From contig CAYOEM010000001.1 of NCBI GenBank assembly GCA_964402975.1, forward strand, positions 365,899 through 429,898: DNA of 64,000 nt. The letters run 5' to 3'. The notes under the pieces were generated by a model, which worked only from the letters and a program-made list of their open reading frames with translations, did no database searches and was not told where the DNA came from. How positions within the stretch are numbered: the stretch's first letter is position 1; each line of letters opens with the position of its first letter. Of the stretch, positions 55,851 to 64,000 are shown piece after piece. A program made the translations under genes and the position numbers. The DNA is from an uncultured Polynucleobacter sp. GTDB taxonomy: Bacteria > Bdellovibrionota_B > Oligoflexia > Oligoflexales > RGVZ01.

Positions 55851-56582
55851 CTATTTAAGATGCTCGAAGATCGCGCTTGCGCATTCTCGGCCGAATGATT
55901 GCGGCATGCCAAGCAAAGCGATTACTCCCATCCTTACCAAGCCTTCATCAATCTTTGTGGTGGCTTCCATCCGAGCGCCAACTCCGACTTGATCTATAGC
56001 CCAGCTGGTGACCAGTTCAGCCCTGTCAAATGACACACTGGCGTACACCCCTCCCGGAGTCAAAAAAGTCAGAATTAAATTTTTGAGTGCACCTGAGGCG
56101 TCCCTATCTAGAACAAGATCGAAGGGGCCCTCACCTCGAAACTTCAAGCGTACGTCACCATTGGCCAGTACCTCCTCGCCAATGGCTACCGACGTATGAC
56201 CCCAATGAATAGGAGCCATTAAATCTCGCATTGCATGAAAATCTTCTATGGACGCATGTCGGAAAGCCATCCCGAAGCCGCGAGGTCTCGCCAGAATCTT
56301 CACGATTTCGACTGGTTTACAGAATCCAGCCACCCTGAGATTTGCCATGACTGGCAGGCTCACAGATGCCAATAAGGCCTCCGGATTTTCCACCAAGGCA
56401 AAACATCCAAAATGCGAGATGTTGGATACGGAAAGCGTTCCGAAAATGTCGCTCTCGCAGACGAATAGACTCGAAACATTCAGCGGATAGCGCTGATGGA
56501 GTCGGCGCTGGGCCTGCTCCGCGGGGTCTTTTGGAGGGGAGGCTGAGGACTCTGCCTTGAATAGTTTTTTGAAAAAACTCAT
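55851..56582 (-). CDS. PilZ-domain protein with an uncharacterised C-terminal domain
   Basis: RRLHQRYPL (RxxxR-like) and NISHFGCF ([DN]xSxxG) near the N-terminus. About 130 additional C-terminal residues. Confidence 0.65.
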   Translation of the reverse strand: MSFFKKLFKAESSASPPKDPAEQAQRRLHQRYPLNVSSLFVCESDIFGTLSVSNISHFGCFALVENPEALLASVSLPVMANLRVAGFCKPVEIVKILARPRGFGMAFRHASIEDFHAMRDLMAPIHWGHTSVAIGEEVLANGDVRLKFRGEGPFDLVLDRDASGALKNLILTFLTPGGVYASVSFDRAELVTSWAIDQVGVGARMEATTKIDEGLVRMGVIALLGMPQSFGRECASAIFEHLK

Positions 56583-56907
56583 AAAAATCAGCTCACTTTA
56601 ACCCATCAAGTGCATGACGTCGCTGCGGTCGAGTGCCCTCACCCGTAACGTCTAACATACTATCAAAACGGGTAAAATTGGTCACCTCCAGATAATAACG
56701 ACACCTTTGGAAAGCAAACTATTGCCATCAGTACCGCCCCCGTGCTACAAGGACGCCACTCGATTTAGTATTCGAGACCGGCGGAGCTGCCTTGAAAGTG
56801 TAACGATTAAGACCCCTTGGGTCGCAAAAGGCAGCTTCTGAACCGTCTGGCTAACTAAGCTAGCAACTTTCTAGCGTCATAAAAACCGCACAAATTTGCT
56901 GCACCAG

Positions 56908-56978
56908 ACACTTCCACCGGACTTTTCCTAATTTTTTGGAGAAGTCATCGACGGCCGGATGTGGAAGGTGTTTTTTTA
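56908..56978 (+). terminator. Terminator-like or attenuator hairpin in the rimP-nusA leader
   Basis: Outer stem CACTTCCACCGG / CCGG-AT-GTGGAAG-G-TG encloses an inner hairpin ACTTTTCC / GGAGAAGT. It is followed by TTTTTTT and lies about 30 nt upstream of the rimP start. Confidence 0.45.
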
Positions 56979-57007
56979 ATTCGGTTGAGACGTGAGAGGT
57001 AAAAACT

Positions 57008-57487
57008 TTGAAATTGCCACGAGACAAGCTTCATCAAATCGCGGACATGGTTACAGCCATGCTGCAAGGCGAGGGTTTTGTTTGTCTAGATGCTGAATTC
57101 GAAGCCCACACCAGAACCCTGAGACTCTATGTCGATCATAAAGACGGAGTTGACATTGACGCTTGCACGCGAGTTTCCAATACGCTCGTAGAAAGCCCTG
57201 AACTCGACGAAGTGATCCCCGTTGAATTCAACCTTGAGATTAGCTCTCCGGGCGTTGAGCGCCCTGTGCGAACGTTGTCTGACTTCGTCGCAGCTAAGAA
57301 TGAAGGTTGCCAGATCAATGTTGGTTTAACAGAGAAATACATGAATCGCCGCAAAGGCAAAGGGCGTGTCACGGCGATTGATGACAAGGATATGATCTCA
57401 ATGTCCACAACCGAGGGAGCCTGGAGCTTCCCTTGGCATATGGTTTTAAAGGCAAATAGGGTCGTTGATTGGACGGCAGTTCGATAA
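57008..57487 (+). CDS. rimP: Ribosome maturation factor RimP
   Basis: TTG start with a GAGAGG RBS. Alignable by eye to E. coli RimP (LRLYVDHKDGVDIDACTRVS ... LEISSPGVERP). Located upstream of nusA. Confidence 0.85.
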   Translation: MKLPRDKLHQIADMVTAMLQGEGFVCLDAEFEAHTRTLRLYVDHKDGVDIDACTRVSNTLVESPELDEVIPVEFNLEISSPGVERPVRTLSDFVAAKNEGCQINVGLTEKYMNRRKGKGRVTAIDDKDMISMSTTEGAWSFPWHMVLKANRVVDWTAVR

Positions 57488-57539
57488 CGACAATGTTTAA
57501 CATTCACCTCCGGTGAGGATCTAACAAAAGGTTGGAACT

Positions 57540-59120
57540 ATGAGCACTACTGAACAAAATGAAATTGAAGGCGCACTAAAGGCAGTGATCACGGCAGTTA
57601 GCCGCGAGAAAAACGTGGACAAGGCCGTTATTATCGATGCTCTTGAGCAAGCAGTGATCCACGCAGCACGTCGTAATCATGGCCCCACAGCTGACCTTGA
57701 GGCCCATTACAACGCCGACACCGATGAAATTGAGCTCTTTCAGTTTCGCAAAGTCGTGGACGATGTCGCCGACGAAGATCTTGAGATTGACGCGGAAGAT
57801 GCTGCAAAGCTCGATCCCGAGGCACAAATGGGCGATTCTATCGGCGTTAAGTTGGATAAATCTGCTTTCGGACGTATCGCAGCTCAGTCGGCCAAACAAA
57901 TTATCGTACAAAAAGTAAGGGACGCAGAACGTCTACAAGTTTACGAGGAATTCAAAGACCGCGTTGGCGAAATCCTTTCGGGAACCGTACGACGCTTCGA
58001 GCGAAGCGATATTGTGGTAGACCTAGGAAAAACAGAGGCTATCATTCCTTATCGTGAGCAAATTCCTACCGAGAAATATAAGATCAAAGACCGCATTCAA
58101 GGTTACGTGCTTGAAGTAAAGCGTTCCTCCCGCGGTCCACAAGTTGTCATGAGCAGAGCTCACTCTGGTTTCGTAATTCGCCTATTCGAACAAAACGTTA
58201 CCGAAGTCTATGATGGCATCGTAACCATCGAGAGTGCGGCCCGTGACCCAGGTTTCCGAACAAAAATCGCCGTTCATTCTAGAGATAGTGCCGTCGACCC
58301 AGTTGGAGCCTGCGTTGGACTCAAGGGCGCGCGCGTCGAGTCCGTAAGGCAGGAACTTGCGGGCGAGAAAATCGACATTGTTCCTTGGGATGCAGATCCC
58401 GCCAGATTTGTTTGCAACGCTCTACACCCAGCAGTAGTGACCAAAGTCATTGTCGATGAAGACAACCACAGCATGGAAGTCATCGTTGCTGACGACCAGC
58501 TATCTCTTGCAATTGGCAAACGCGGTCAAAACGTACGACTTGCTGCCCAGCTTACGGGTTGGCGACTTGACATCAAAAGCGAGGCACGCCTGGCTCAAGA
58601 ACTCGTTGGTTCCAAGGAGCTCATCGCGTCAATTCCTGGAGTCGGCATGATGAGAGCCGAAATTTTGGTCAACGAAGGTATCAAAACCATTCCGGAAGTC
58701 GCGGAGATGAGCGCACGTAGTTTTGTACGTCTTCTTAATATGGACGAAACAGAGGCAAACGCCGTTGTTGAAGCCGCCAAGGAAATGATGGCTCAGGGAA
58801 TAGGCGCTACGAAGGAGAAACAAGCTCCAGCAGGCGCAGATCACGACGATTTCCTTGCAAACTCGAGCGCTGACCCGACTCGTCAAGATAACACGCGCGA
58901 AGCAACTGGCTATGACTCTGCTCGTAACGAGCGAATTACGCTATTCCTCGAACTTGACGGCGTGGGTGAAGCCACTGCGCATGCACTCGCCGATGCAGGC
59001 TACGGAACCATCGGAGATCTCGTAGCTGACGCAGCGGAAGAGGTCGCATCACGCTCTGGTCTATCCATTGGCGTAGCTCGTACGGTTCAAATGGCTGCTG
59101 ACAGGTACCTACAGCGCTGA
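57540..59120 (+). CDS. nusA: Transcription termination/antitermination factor NusA
   Basis: N-terminal domain, S1 domain, KH1/KH2 (LAIGKRGQNVRLA) and C-terminal HhH repeats. Conserved operon position. Confidence 0.95.
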   Translation: MSTTEQNEIEGALKAVITAVSREKNVDKAVIIDALEQAVIHAARRNHGPTADLEAHYNADTDEIELFQFRKVVDDVADEDLEIDAEDAAKLDPEAQMGDSIGVKLDKSAFGRIAAQSAKQIIVQKVRDAERLQVYEEFKDRVGEILSGTVRRFERSDIVVDLGKTEAIIPYREQIPTEKYKIKDRIQGYVLEVKRSSRGPQVVMSRAHSGFVIRLFEQNVTEVYDGIVTIESAARDPGFRTKIAVHSRDSAVDPVGACVGLKGARVESVRQELAGEKIDIVPWDADPARFVCNALHPAVVTKVIVDEDNHSMEVIVADDQLSLAIGKRGQNVRLAAQLTGWRLDIKSEARLAQELVGSKELIASIPGVGMMRAEILVNEGIKTIPEVAEMSARSFVRLLNMDETEANAVVEAAKEMMAQGIGATKEKQAPAGADHDDFLANSSADPTRQDNTREATGYDSARNERITLFLELDGVGEATAHALADAGYGTIGDLVADAAEEVASRSGLSIGVARTVQMAADRYLQR

Positions 59121-59174
59121 GCTTGAGACGTATTGAACGTGAAAAGGGAATTTTTTTTAAAGGACGAATGACGC

Positions 59175-61976
59175 ATGTCAAAAAAACGAGTCCATGAGTT
59201 GGCCAAAGACCTTGGCGTTGAATGGAAAGTTCTGCAAGCCAAGGGCAAAAGCCTCGGCATAGAGATCAACACAGCGCAGAACACCCTTAGTGATGACGAG
59301 GCCGTAAAGTTAAAAAATGCCGTCAAGGGAACAACAACTGAAACTGCCTCTGCAGCGCCGTCTGCCGCGAAAACAGTTGTAATTAGGCGCCGCGCAGGAG
59401 CAGCCGCCACTGATGCTGCACCAGCCGCACCAGCGGCACCGGCTGAACCGGTAACGATGCCTTCTGTCGAGCAAGTTGTCGTGGCAAAAAGTGAAGTTGC
59501 CGCGCCAACCCCGGTTGCCCCAGTGGTGCGCAAAGCGCCTACTGAGTTGCCGACTGAAAAGATTGATGTTGTAGCCCCATCCGAGACTGCACCCGTTTCC
59601 ACTGCAGAGACCGCAAGGCCCTCTGCTGAGCCTGTTTCCGCCAAGCCGGCAACTAGCTCCGGTGATGACGTCGCACGTAAAAAAGTGGTTAGTTCCGGCG
59701 GTGCAACGATTGTCCGCAGAGCATCGCCCGAAGAAATCGAAGCGCAACGTCGTAGAGAGCAAGAAGCTACTGACGCACAAGGCAACCGGACCGTCCGTCG
59801 GGAAGACAACCGAGGCGTGCGCGTCAGCGGTATGGGATTATTGTCCTCTAGAGGCCGCTCAGAGCAAGCACCGACGCGCGGCCCAGGACCCCGAACGGGA
59901 CCAACTGCGCCGAGCGATACGATCTCCGCTTTCCCCCCAGAGGTGGATGAGTGGGGAGTTAGAAAAGAAAAATCTCGATTTGATGATCGCGAAGAAGAAG
60001 AACAGCAAAAGCCGTCTGCCAAGGTCGCGAAACAAAAACGCGCCAATCTGAACATGAGGACATTGCTGAGTCAGGTTGAAGAGACGGATGAATTTGTAGA
60101 AGAAGTCCCGGAAGAGGAAGTTCAAACAAGGATATTTACGCCGTCTGCCCCGGTACGTCACAAACGAGACATGCGCCGTCGACGCGATCTGAAGAAGACT
60201 CAAATTACAACTCCGCGCGCCCAGTACCGCGTCGTTGAAATGGAAGGCGCGATCACTGTCGCAGAACTTGGGAGACAGCTAGCTATCAAGTCCACTGAAG
60301 TCATTAAAAAGCTCATGGCCATGGGCGTCATGGCAACGATCAATCAGGAATTAGACTTCGACACCGCCACTCTCATTGCATCCGAGTTTGGCTTTGAAAC
60401 GAAGAACAAAGAGAAAACCGTTGATGATGTCCTGTCGCAGTCTGCACCTGTAATGACTGGCGAGTTAAAAGAGCGCCCCCCTATTGTGACCATCATGGGC
60501 CACGTCGATCACGGGAAGACCTCGCTGCTGGATGCCATTAGATCTGCTAGTGTGGCCTCGGGCGAAGCTGGAGGCATCACTCAGCATATTGGCGCCTACA
60601 CGGCGGAGTACAACGGCAAAAAAATCGCCTTCCTCGATACGCCTGGCCACGAAGCTTTCTCGGCCATGCGCTCACGGGGAGCAAGCCTTACGGATATTGT
60701 TGTTTTAGTGGTTGCTGCAGACGATGGTGTTATGCCGCAGACTGTAGAAGCAATCAGCCACGCAAAAGCTGCGGGTGTTCCCATCATCGTTGCTGTAAAC
60801 AAGATTGATAAACCAAACCTCATGCTAGACCGCCTCTTTAGCCAATTGGCTGAACATGGCATCCAATCCGAGGAGTGGGGCGGTGATAACCAGTTCGTAA
60901 AAACGTCAGCTCTGCAAAAAGTTGGCCTCGAAGATTTACTTGAATCTATCTTACTGCAAGCTGAGGTTCTTGACCTCAAGGCAAGCTACGAAGGCCAGGC
61001 CACTGGAACAGTAGTGGAAGCTCACCTCGACAAAGGACGTGGCGCTATCGCGACGATCATGATTCAGTCGGGCACGTTGCAAGTAGGTCAGTACATCGTG
61101 GCAGGCCGTGAATTCGGTCGAGTCCGAGCCATGACCGATCATCGCGGTCAGCGTTTGGAAACCGCTGGACCATCCACTCCAGTCGAAGTTATCGGCTTGG
61201 GAGGCGTGCCAGGTGCGGGTGACCGAGTCAATGCCGTTGCCGACGAGCGCACAGCTCGCGAAGTGGTGGCGCTTCGAGATGAGCAGGAGCGCAAACGTCA
61301 TGCTGGTAAATCCAGCGCGGCAAGTCTTGCAGACCTTCTTGCCAAAGTTCAAACAAGCGAGCGACCAGAGCTTGCCATCATCGTCAAAGCAGACGTGCAG
61401 GGCTCTCTTGAAGCCGTATGCGAAGCGATCAACAAGCTGTCGGGCGATAAAGTCCAGAACAGAATTGTTCACCGTGCAGTCGGCGGAATCACGGAAAGCG
61501 ACATCGCTCTTGCAACAGCAACTGGAGCCGTCATTGTCGGCTTCAATGTTCGAGCTGCACGCGGACTAGATGACGTCGCCAATAAGAACGGCGTGGTTCT
61601 GAAATATTTCTCGATCATTTATGAACTCGTGGATGCGGTAAAAGCCATCATGGCCGGTAAACTTCCGCCGATCGTCACCGAGAGCGTGCTTGGTCATGCC
61701 GAAGTTCGTCAAACCATCAGCGTGCCAAAAATTGGCCTCATTGCTGGATCTGCTGTTTTGGACGGCAAAATCACTCGTCAGTCAAAACTGCGACTCATCC
61801 GTGACAGTGTTGTTATATACAACGGCAAAATCTCGTCACTTCGCCGATTCAAAGATGACGTTCGCGAGGTCGTTCAAGGTTACGAATGTGGTATCGGTAT
61901 TGATGGATACGCAGATATCCGGGTCGGTGATGTTATTGAAGCTTACGAGCTCCAAGAAACAGCCCCTACTCTATAA
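59175..61976 (+). CDS. infB: Translation initiation factor IF-2
   Basis: MSKKRVHELAKDLG N-terminus, an A/P/E-rich linker, and G-domain motifs GHVDHGKT, DTPGH and NKID. Confidence 0.95.
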   Translation: MSKKRVHELAKDLGVEWKVLQAKGKSLGIEINTAQNTLSDDEAVKLKNAVKGTTTETASAAPSAAKTVVIRRRAGAAATDAAPAAPAAPAEPVTMPSVEQVVVAKSEVAAPTPVAPVVRKAPTELPTEKIDVVAPSETAPVSTAETARPSAEPVSAKPATSSGDDVARKKVVSSGGATIVRRASPEEIEAQRRREQEATDAQGNRTVRREDNRGVRVSGMGLLSSRGRSEQAPTRGPGPRTGPTAPSDTISAFPPEVDEWGVRKEKSRFDDREEEEQQKPSAKVAKQKRANLNMRTLLSQVEETDEFVEEVPEEEVQTRIFTPSAPVRHKRDMRRRRDLKKTQITTPRAQYRVVEMEGAITVAELGRQLAIKSTEVIKKLMAMGVMATINQELDFDTATLIASEFGFETKNKEKTVDDVLSQSAPVMTGELKERPPIVTIMGHVDHGKTSLLDAIRSASVASGEAGGITQHIGAYTAEYNGKKIAFLDTPGHEAFSAMRSRGASLTDIVVLVVAADDGVMPQTVEAISHAKAAGVPIIVAVNKIDKPNLMLDRLFSQLAEHGIQSEEWGGDNQFVKTSALQKVGLEDLLESILLQAEVLDLKASYEGQATGTVVEAHLDKGRGAIATIMIQSGTLQVGQYIVAGREFGRVRAMTDHRGQRLETAGPSTPVEVIGLGGVPGAGDRVNAVADERTAREVVALRDEQERKRHAGKSSAASLADLLAKVQTSERPELAIIVKADVQGSLEAVCEAINKLSGDKVQNRIVHRAVGGITESDIALATATGAVIVGFNVRAARGLDDVANKNGVVLKYFSIIYELVDAVKAIMAGKLPPIVTESVLGHAEVRQTISVPKIGLIAGSAVLDGKITRQSKLRLIRDSVVIYNGKISSLRRFKDDVREVVQGYECGIGIDGYADIRVGDVIEAYELQETAPTL

Positions 61977-61997
61977 ACTGGACTAAGAGGCGAAATT

Positions 61998-62351
61998 ATG
62001 GGACTGCGAAAAGAACGGATGGCCGACGAAATACGGGACATCATCGCTAGCTGCCTGACGGGTGGTCAGCTCAATGATCCCCGTTTGGAATTCGTTACAA
62101 TCACAGGTGTTAAGCTCAGTCCAGACCTGCAATTGGCCTCGGTGCAGTTTCGCATTATTGACCCGAAAAAACAGGAAGAAACCAGGATAGCCCTCGACAG
62201 AGCTGCAGGGGTTTTTAAGACGAAACTTGCCAAGGCACTCGATATTCGGCGAGTCCCTGATCTGAGATTTTTTTTCGATACGTCTGCAGAACGCGGCGCC
62301 TCCGTCGATGCGATGCTAGATTTGATTCGAAAAGAGCGCAAAAACCAGTGA
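61998..62351 (+). CDS. rbfA: Ribosome-binding factor A
   Basis: RbfA-like sequence (RMADEIRDIIA ... VTITGVKLSPDL ... VPDLRFFFD). Conserved position after infB. Confidence 0.9.
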   Translation: MGLRKERMADEIRDIIASCLTGGQLNDPRLEFVTITGVKLSPDLQLASVQFRIIDPKKQEETRIALDRAAGVFKTKLAKALDIRRVPDLRFFFDTSAERGASVDAMLDLIRKERKNQ

Positions 62352-62363
62352 GTGAATCGTTAA

Positions 62364-63305
62364 ATGGACGCCAAGTTTCCGAACGCTTTATCGGGACTCA
62401 TACCCGTTAACAAACCAGTTGGTATGACGTCAAAAGACGTTAGTCGCCTGTTGGTGAAGCGATTTGGTCGACTAAAACTCGGTCACGTGGGCACTCTTGA
62501 CCCCGATGCAGATGGCGTTCTTCCGCTGCTTTTGGGCAAAGCGACGAAGTTACAAGATTACCTTCTAAAGATGACCAAGGCGTACAGTTTTGAGTTCAAG
62601 TTGGGAACAGCCACAGACACTTTAGACGCCTCCGGAAAGGTCGTGCTTGAGTTGCCTTGGGAACACGTGACGCGACCCATGATTCAGGCGGTAACCCCTA
62701 AATTCCATGGTGTTATTAGACAAACCCCGCCCATGTTTTCCGCGGTAAAGTACAAAGGTAAAGAACTCTACAAATACGCTCGCCAGGGCTCTAGGCCTGA
62801 CGAGCTGAATTTGAATGATCTTTCGCGCGAGGTCGAAATCAATAGACTTTCCATCGATTCCGTAGATTTACCATTCATCCAAATGTCGGTTGAATGCAGC
62901 AAGGGGACATACGTCCGCACCCTCGCATTGGATATAGCCGAGCAACTTGGAACGACCGCGCATGTCACAAAATTAACCCGGCTAAAAAGTGCTGGTTTTA
63001 CGATAGGTGACTGCGCAACTATTGAACAGCTCTCTCGTGAAACGACGACACTTGAAGATGTTTTGATCCCCTTAGACCAGCTTGCAATTGGTTTGCCCGC
63101 CTGGCGACCTGATGATATGGTGCTGCACAAAAGGTTGGTCGACGGCCAGTCTGTTATAGGCGAAATCGCTGGGTTAGGCTTGCCGCCTTTGGCTACAAAT
63201 GCCGATGTACTTTTAAAATCTACAGACGGCAGTAGTACGGGTATTGTTTCAACGGTTTTCCTGGATAACGGCCAGATAAAACTCCACTTAAAGAGAGGTT
63301 TATAA
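62364..63305 (+). CDS. truB: tRNA pseudouridine(55) synthase
   Basis: Catalytic Asp motif [23 protein letters not shown], plus [15 protein letters not shown]. Confidence 0.9.
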   Translation: MDAKFPNALSGLIPVNKPVGMTSKDVSRLLVKRFGRLKLGHVGTLDPDADGVLPLLLGKATKLQDYLLKMTKAYSFEFKLGTATDTLDASGKVVLELPWEHVTRPMIQAVTPKFHGVIRQTPPMFSAVKYKGKELYKYARQGSRPDELNLNDLSREVEINRLSIDSVDLPFIQMSVECSKGTYVRTLALDIAEQLGTTAHVTKLTRLKSAGFTIGDCATIEQLSRETTTLEDVLIPLDQLAIGLPAWRPDDMVLHKRLVDGQSVIGEIAGLGLPPLATNADVLLKSTDGSSTGIVSTVFLDNGQIKLHLKRGL

Positions 63306-64000
63306 TGTCTTCAAGCATGAATAATTCTGACTATCTTTTTACCTCTGAATCAGTCAGTGAGGGACACCCAGACAAAGTCGCTGACCAGGTATCTGATGGT
63401 ATTCTTGATGGGCTACTGGCTCAGGATAAATTTAGCCGTGTTGCGTGCGAGACGTTGGTGAAAACCGGTCTCGTCGTGATTGCTGGTGAGATCACCACAA
63501 AAGCCAGAGTTGACTATGCAAAAATTGCTCGTGAGGTGATCGCTGACATTGGTTATACCGACGGAGATCTCGGTTTTGATGCCAAGAGCTGCGGCGTAAT
63601 CTGCGCTATCGAAGAACAATCACCTGATATCTCCATGGGCGTGACTGAGGGAGAGGGACTCCATAAGGAGCAAGGTGCTGGCGACCAAGGCATGATGTTT
63701 GGATTTGCCTGTAATGAGACAAAAGAATTCATGCCTGCGACTATCAGCTATAGCCATCAGTTGCTAAAAAGACTTAGCAACCTCAGGCGAAGCAAGGACG
63801 TTAATTTCCTGAGACCAGATGCCAAGAGTCAGGTGACGGCGGAATACAAATCTGGACGTCTGTCGAGGATTGAAACTGTCGTTATCTCAACGCAACACTC
63901 ACCTGATGTAAACCACAAGAAACTTGAAGAGTATGTCGTTGAAAGTTGCATCAAAAAAACAATTCCAGCCGAGCTACTGCGCGACACGAAATACTACATT
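63305..64000 (+). CDS. metK: S-adenosylmethionine synthetase, partial (runs off the right edge)
   Basis: The ATG overlaps the truB stop (TAATG). My translation is [35 protein letters not shown]...[19 protein letters not shown], which is canonical MetK. Absent from the ORF track because it has no stop in the window. Confidence 0.9.
   Translation, partial: MSSSMNNSDYLFTSESVSEGHPDKVADQVSDGILDGLLAQDKFSRVACETLVKTGLVVIAGEITTKARVDYAKIAREVIADIGYTDGDLGFDAKSCGVICAIEEQSPDISMGVTEGEGLHKEQGAGDQGMMFGFACNETKEFMPATISYSHQLLKRLSNLRRSKDVNFLRPDAKSQVTAEYKSGRLSRIETVVISTQHSPDVNHKKLEEYVVESCIKKTIPAELLRDTKYYI

Noticed and set aside
51182-56582. Genomic island integrated at tRNA-His
   Set aside because: No integrase, recombinase, transposase or phage genes are present. 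I could find no direct repeat of the tRNA-His 3' end downstream. Adjacency to the tRNA is noted, but mobility is not supported.
56583-57007. Possible tRNA (metY-like), tmRNA, RNase P RNA or SRP RNA in the gap upstream of rimP
   Set aside because: No cloverleaf with a T-arm could be folded; TTCGAGACC lacks a pairing stem. A GGAAAAGTCCGG-like string occurs only on the minus strand, without the partner ACAGAACCCGGCUUA-type P4 strand. No SRP or tmRNA signatures were seen. The region is kept only as a structured leader.
59087-60055. 322-aa ORF antisense to the 5' third of infB (and the overlapping 156-aa ORF 59310..59780)
   Set aside because: It lies entirely within the Ala/Pro/Glu-rich, GC-skewed linker region of IF-2. 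Its translation is low-complexity (S/A/G/R-rich) with no start context. This is a typical shadow ORF opposite a highly conserved gene.

Overview
This is a gene-dense bacterial chromosomal window. It resembles a Bdellovibrio-like or Oligoflexia-type predatory bacterium, judging from the many lipoproteins and secreted hydrolases, the c-di-GMP effectors and the VKOR-thioredoxin fusion. That taxonomic call is inference only.

**Left third (1-12.8 kb).** An accessory-looking island of exported proteins:
- two caspase-fold lipoproteins
- a matrixin-like Zn protease
- a papain-family C1 protease
- a gingipain-like C25 protease
- a vWA lipoprotein
- several orphan lipoproteins, four of which (three here plus one at 22508) share a conserved motif directly after the lipobox Cys

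**Middle (12.8-47 kb).** Mostly housekeeping or metabolic genes: ndh, YceI, a PLP decarboxylase, galE, maeB, an S1-domain protein, a TPMT-like methyltransferase, tRNA-Ala, VKOR-DsbA, gmhB, a Bfd-like protein, a CPBP protease, REC-PilZ, an rRNA m5U methyltransferase, kynA, dapC/dapD, a ferredoxin and an HD-GYP protein. This stretch also holds an unusual heavy-metal RND locus (TolC-like, a 138-aa His-rich protein and CusA/CzcA, plus two more small His/Cys-rich secreted proteins). No membrane-fusion adaptor is recognisable in it.

**Right part (47-64 kb).**
- A translationally coupled pair: a beta-rich secreted protein and a 934-aa orphan secreted protein.
- tRNA-His.
- A TPR plus double winged-helix regulator, divergent from a secreted trypsin-fold protease. 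The protease carries an in-frame 18-bp x4 repeat.
- A PilZ protein.
- A structured leader followed by the conserved rimP-nusA-infB-rbfA-truB-metK block.

No CRISPR array, transposase, integrase or rRNA was seen.

**Best candidates for undescribed biology:**
- the orphan coupled pair at 47373-51181
- the regulator/protease module at 51401-55832
- the adaptor-less metal RND locus
- the shared post-lipobox motif

All functional calls come from motifs read by eye. No database search was possible. Hand-derived coordinates (terminators, repeats, tRNAs) may be off by 1-2 nt.
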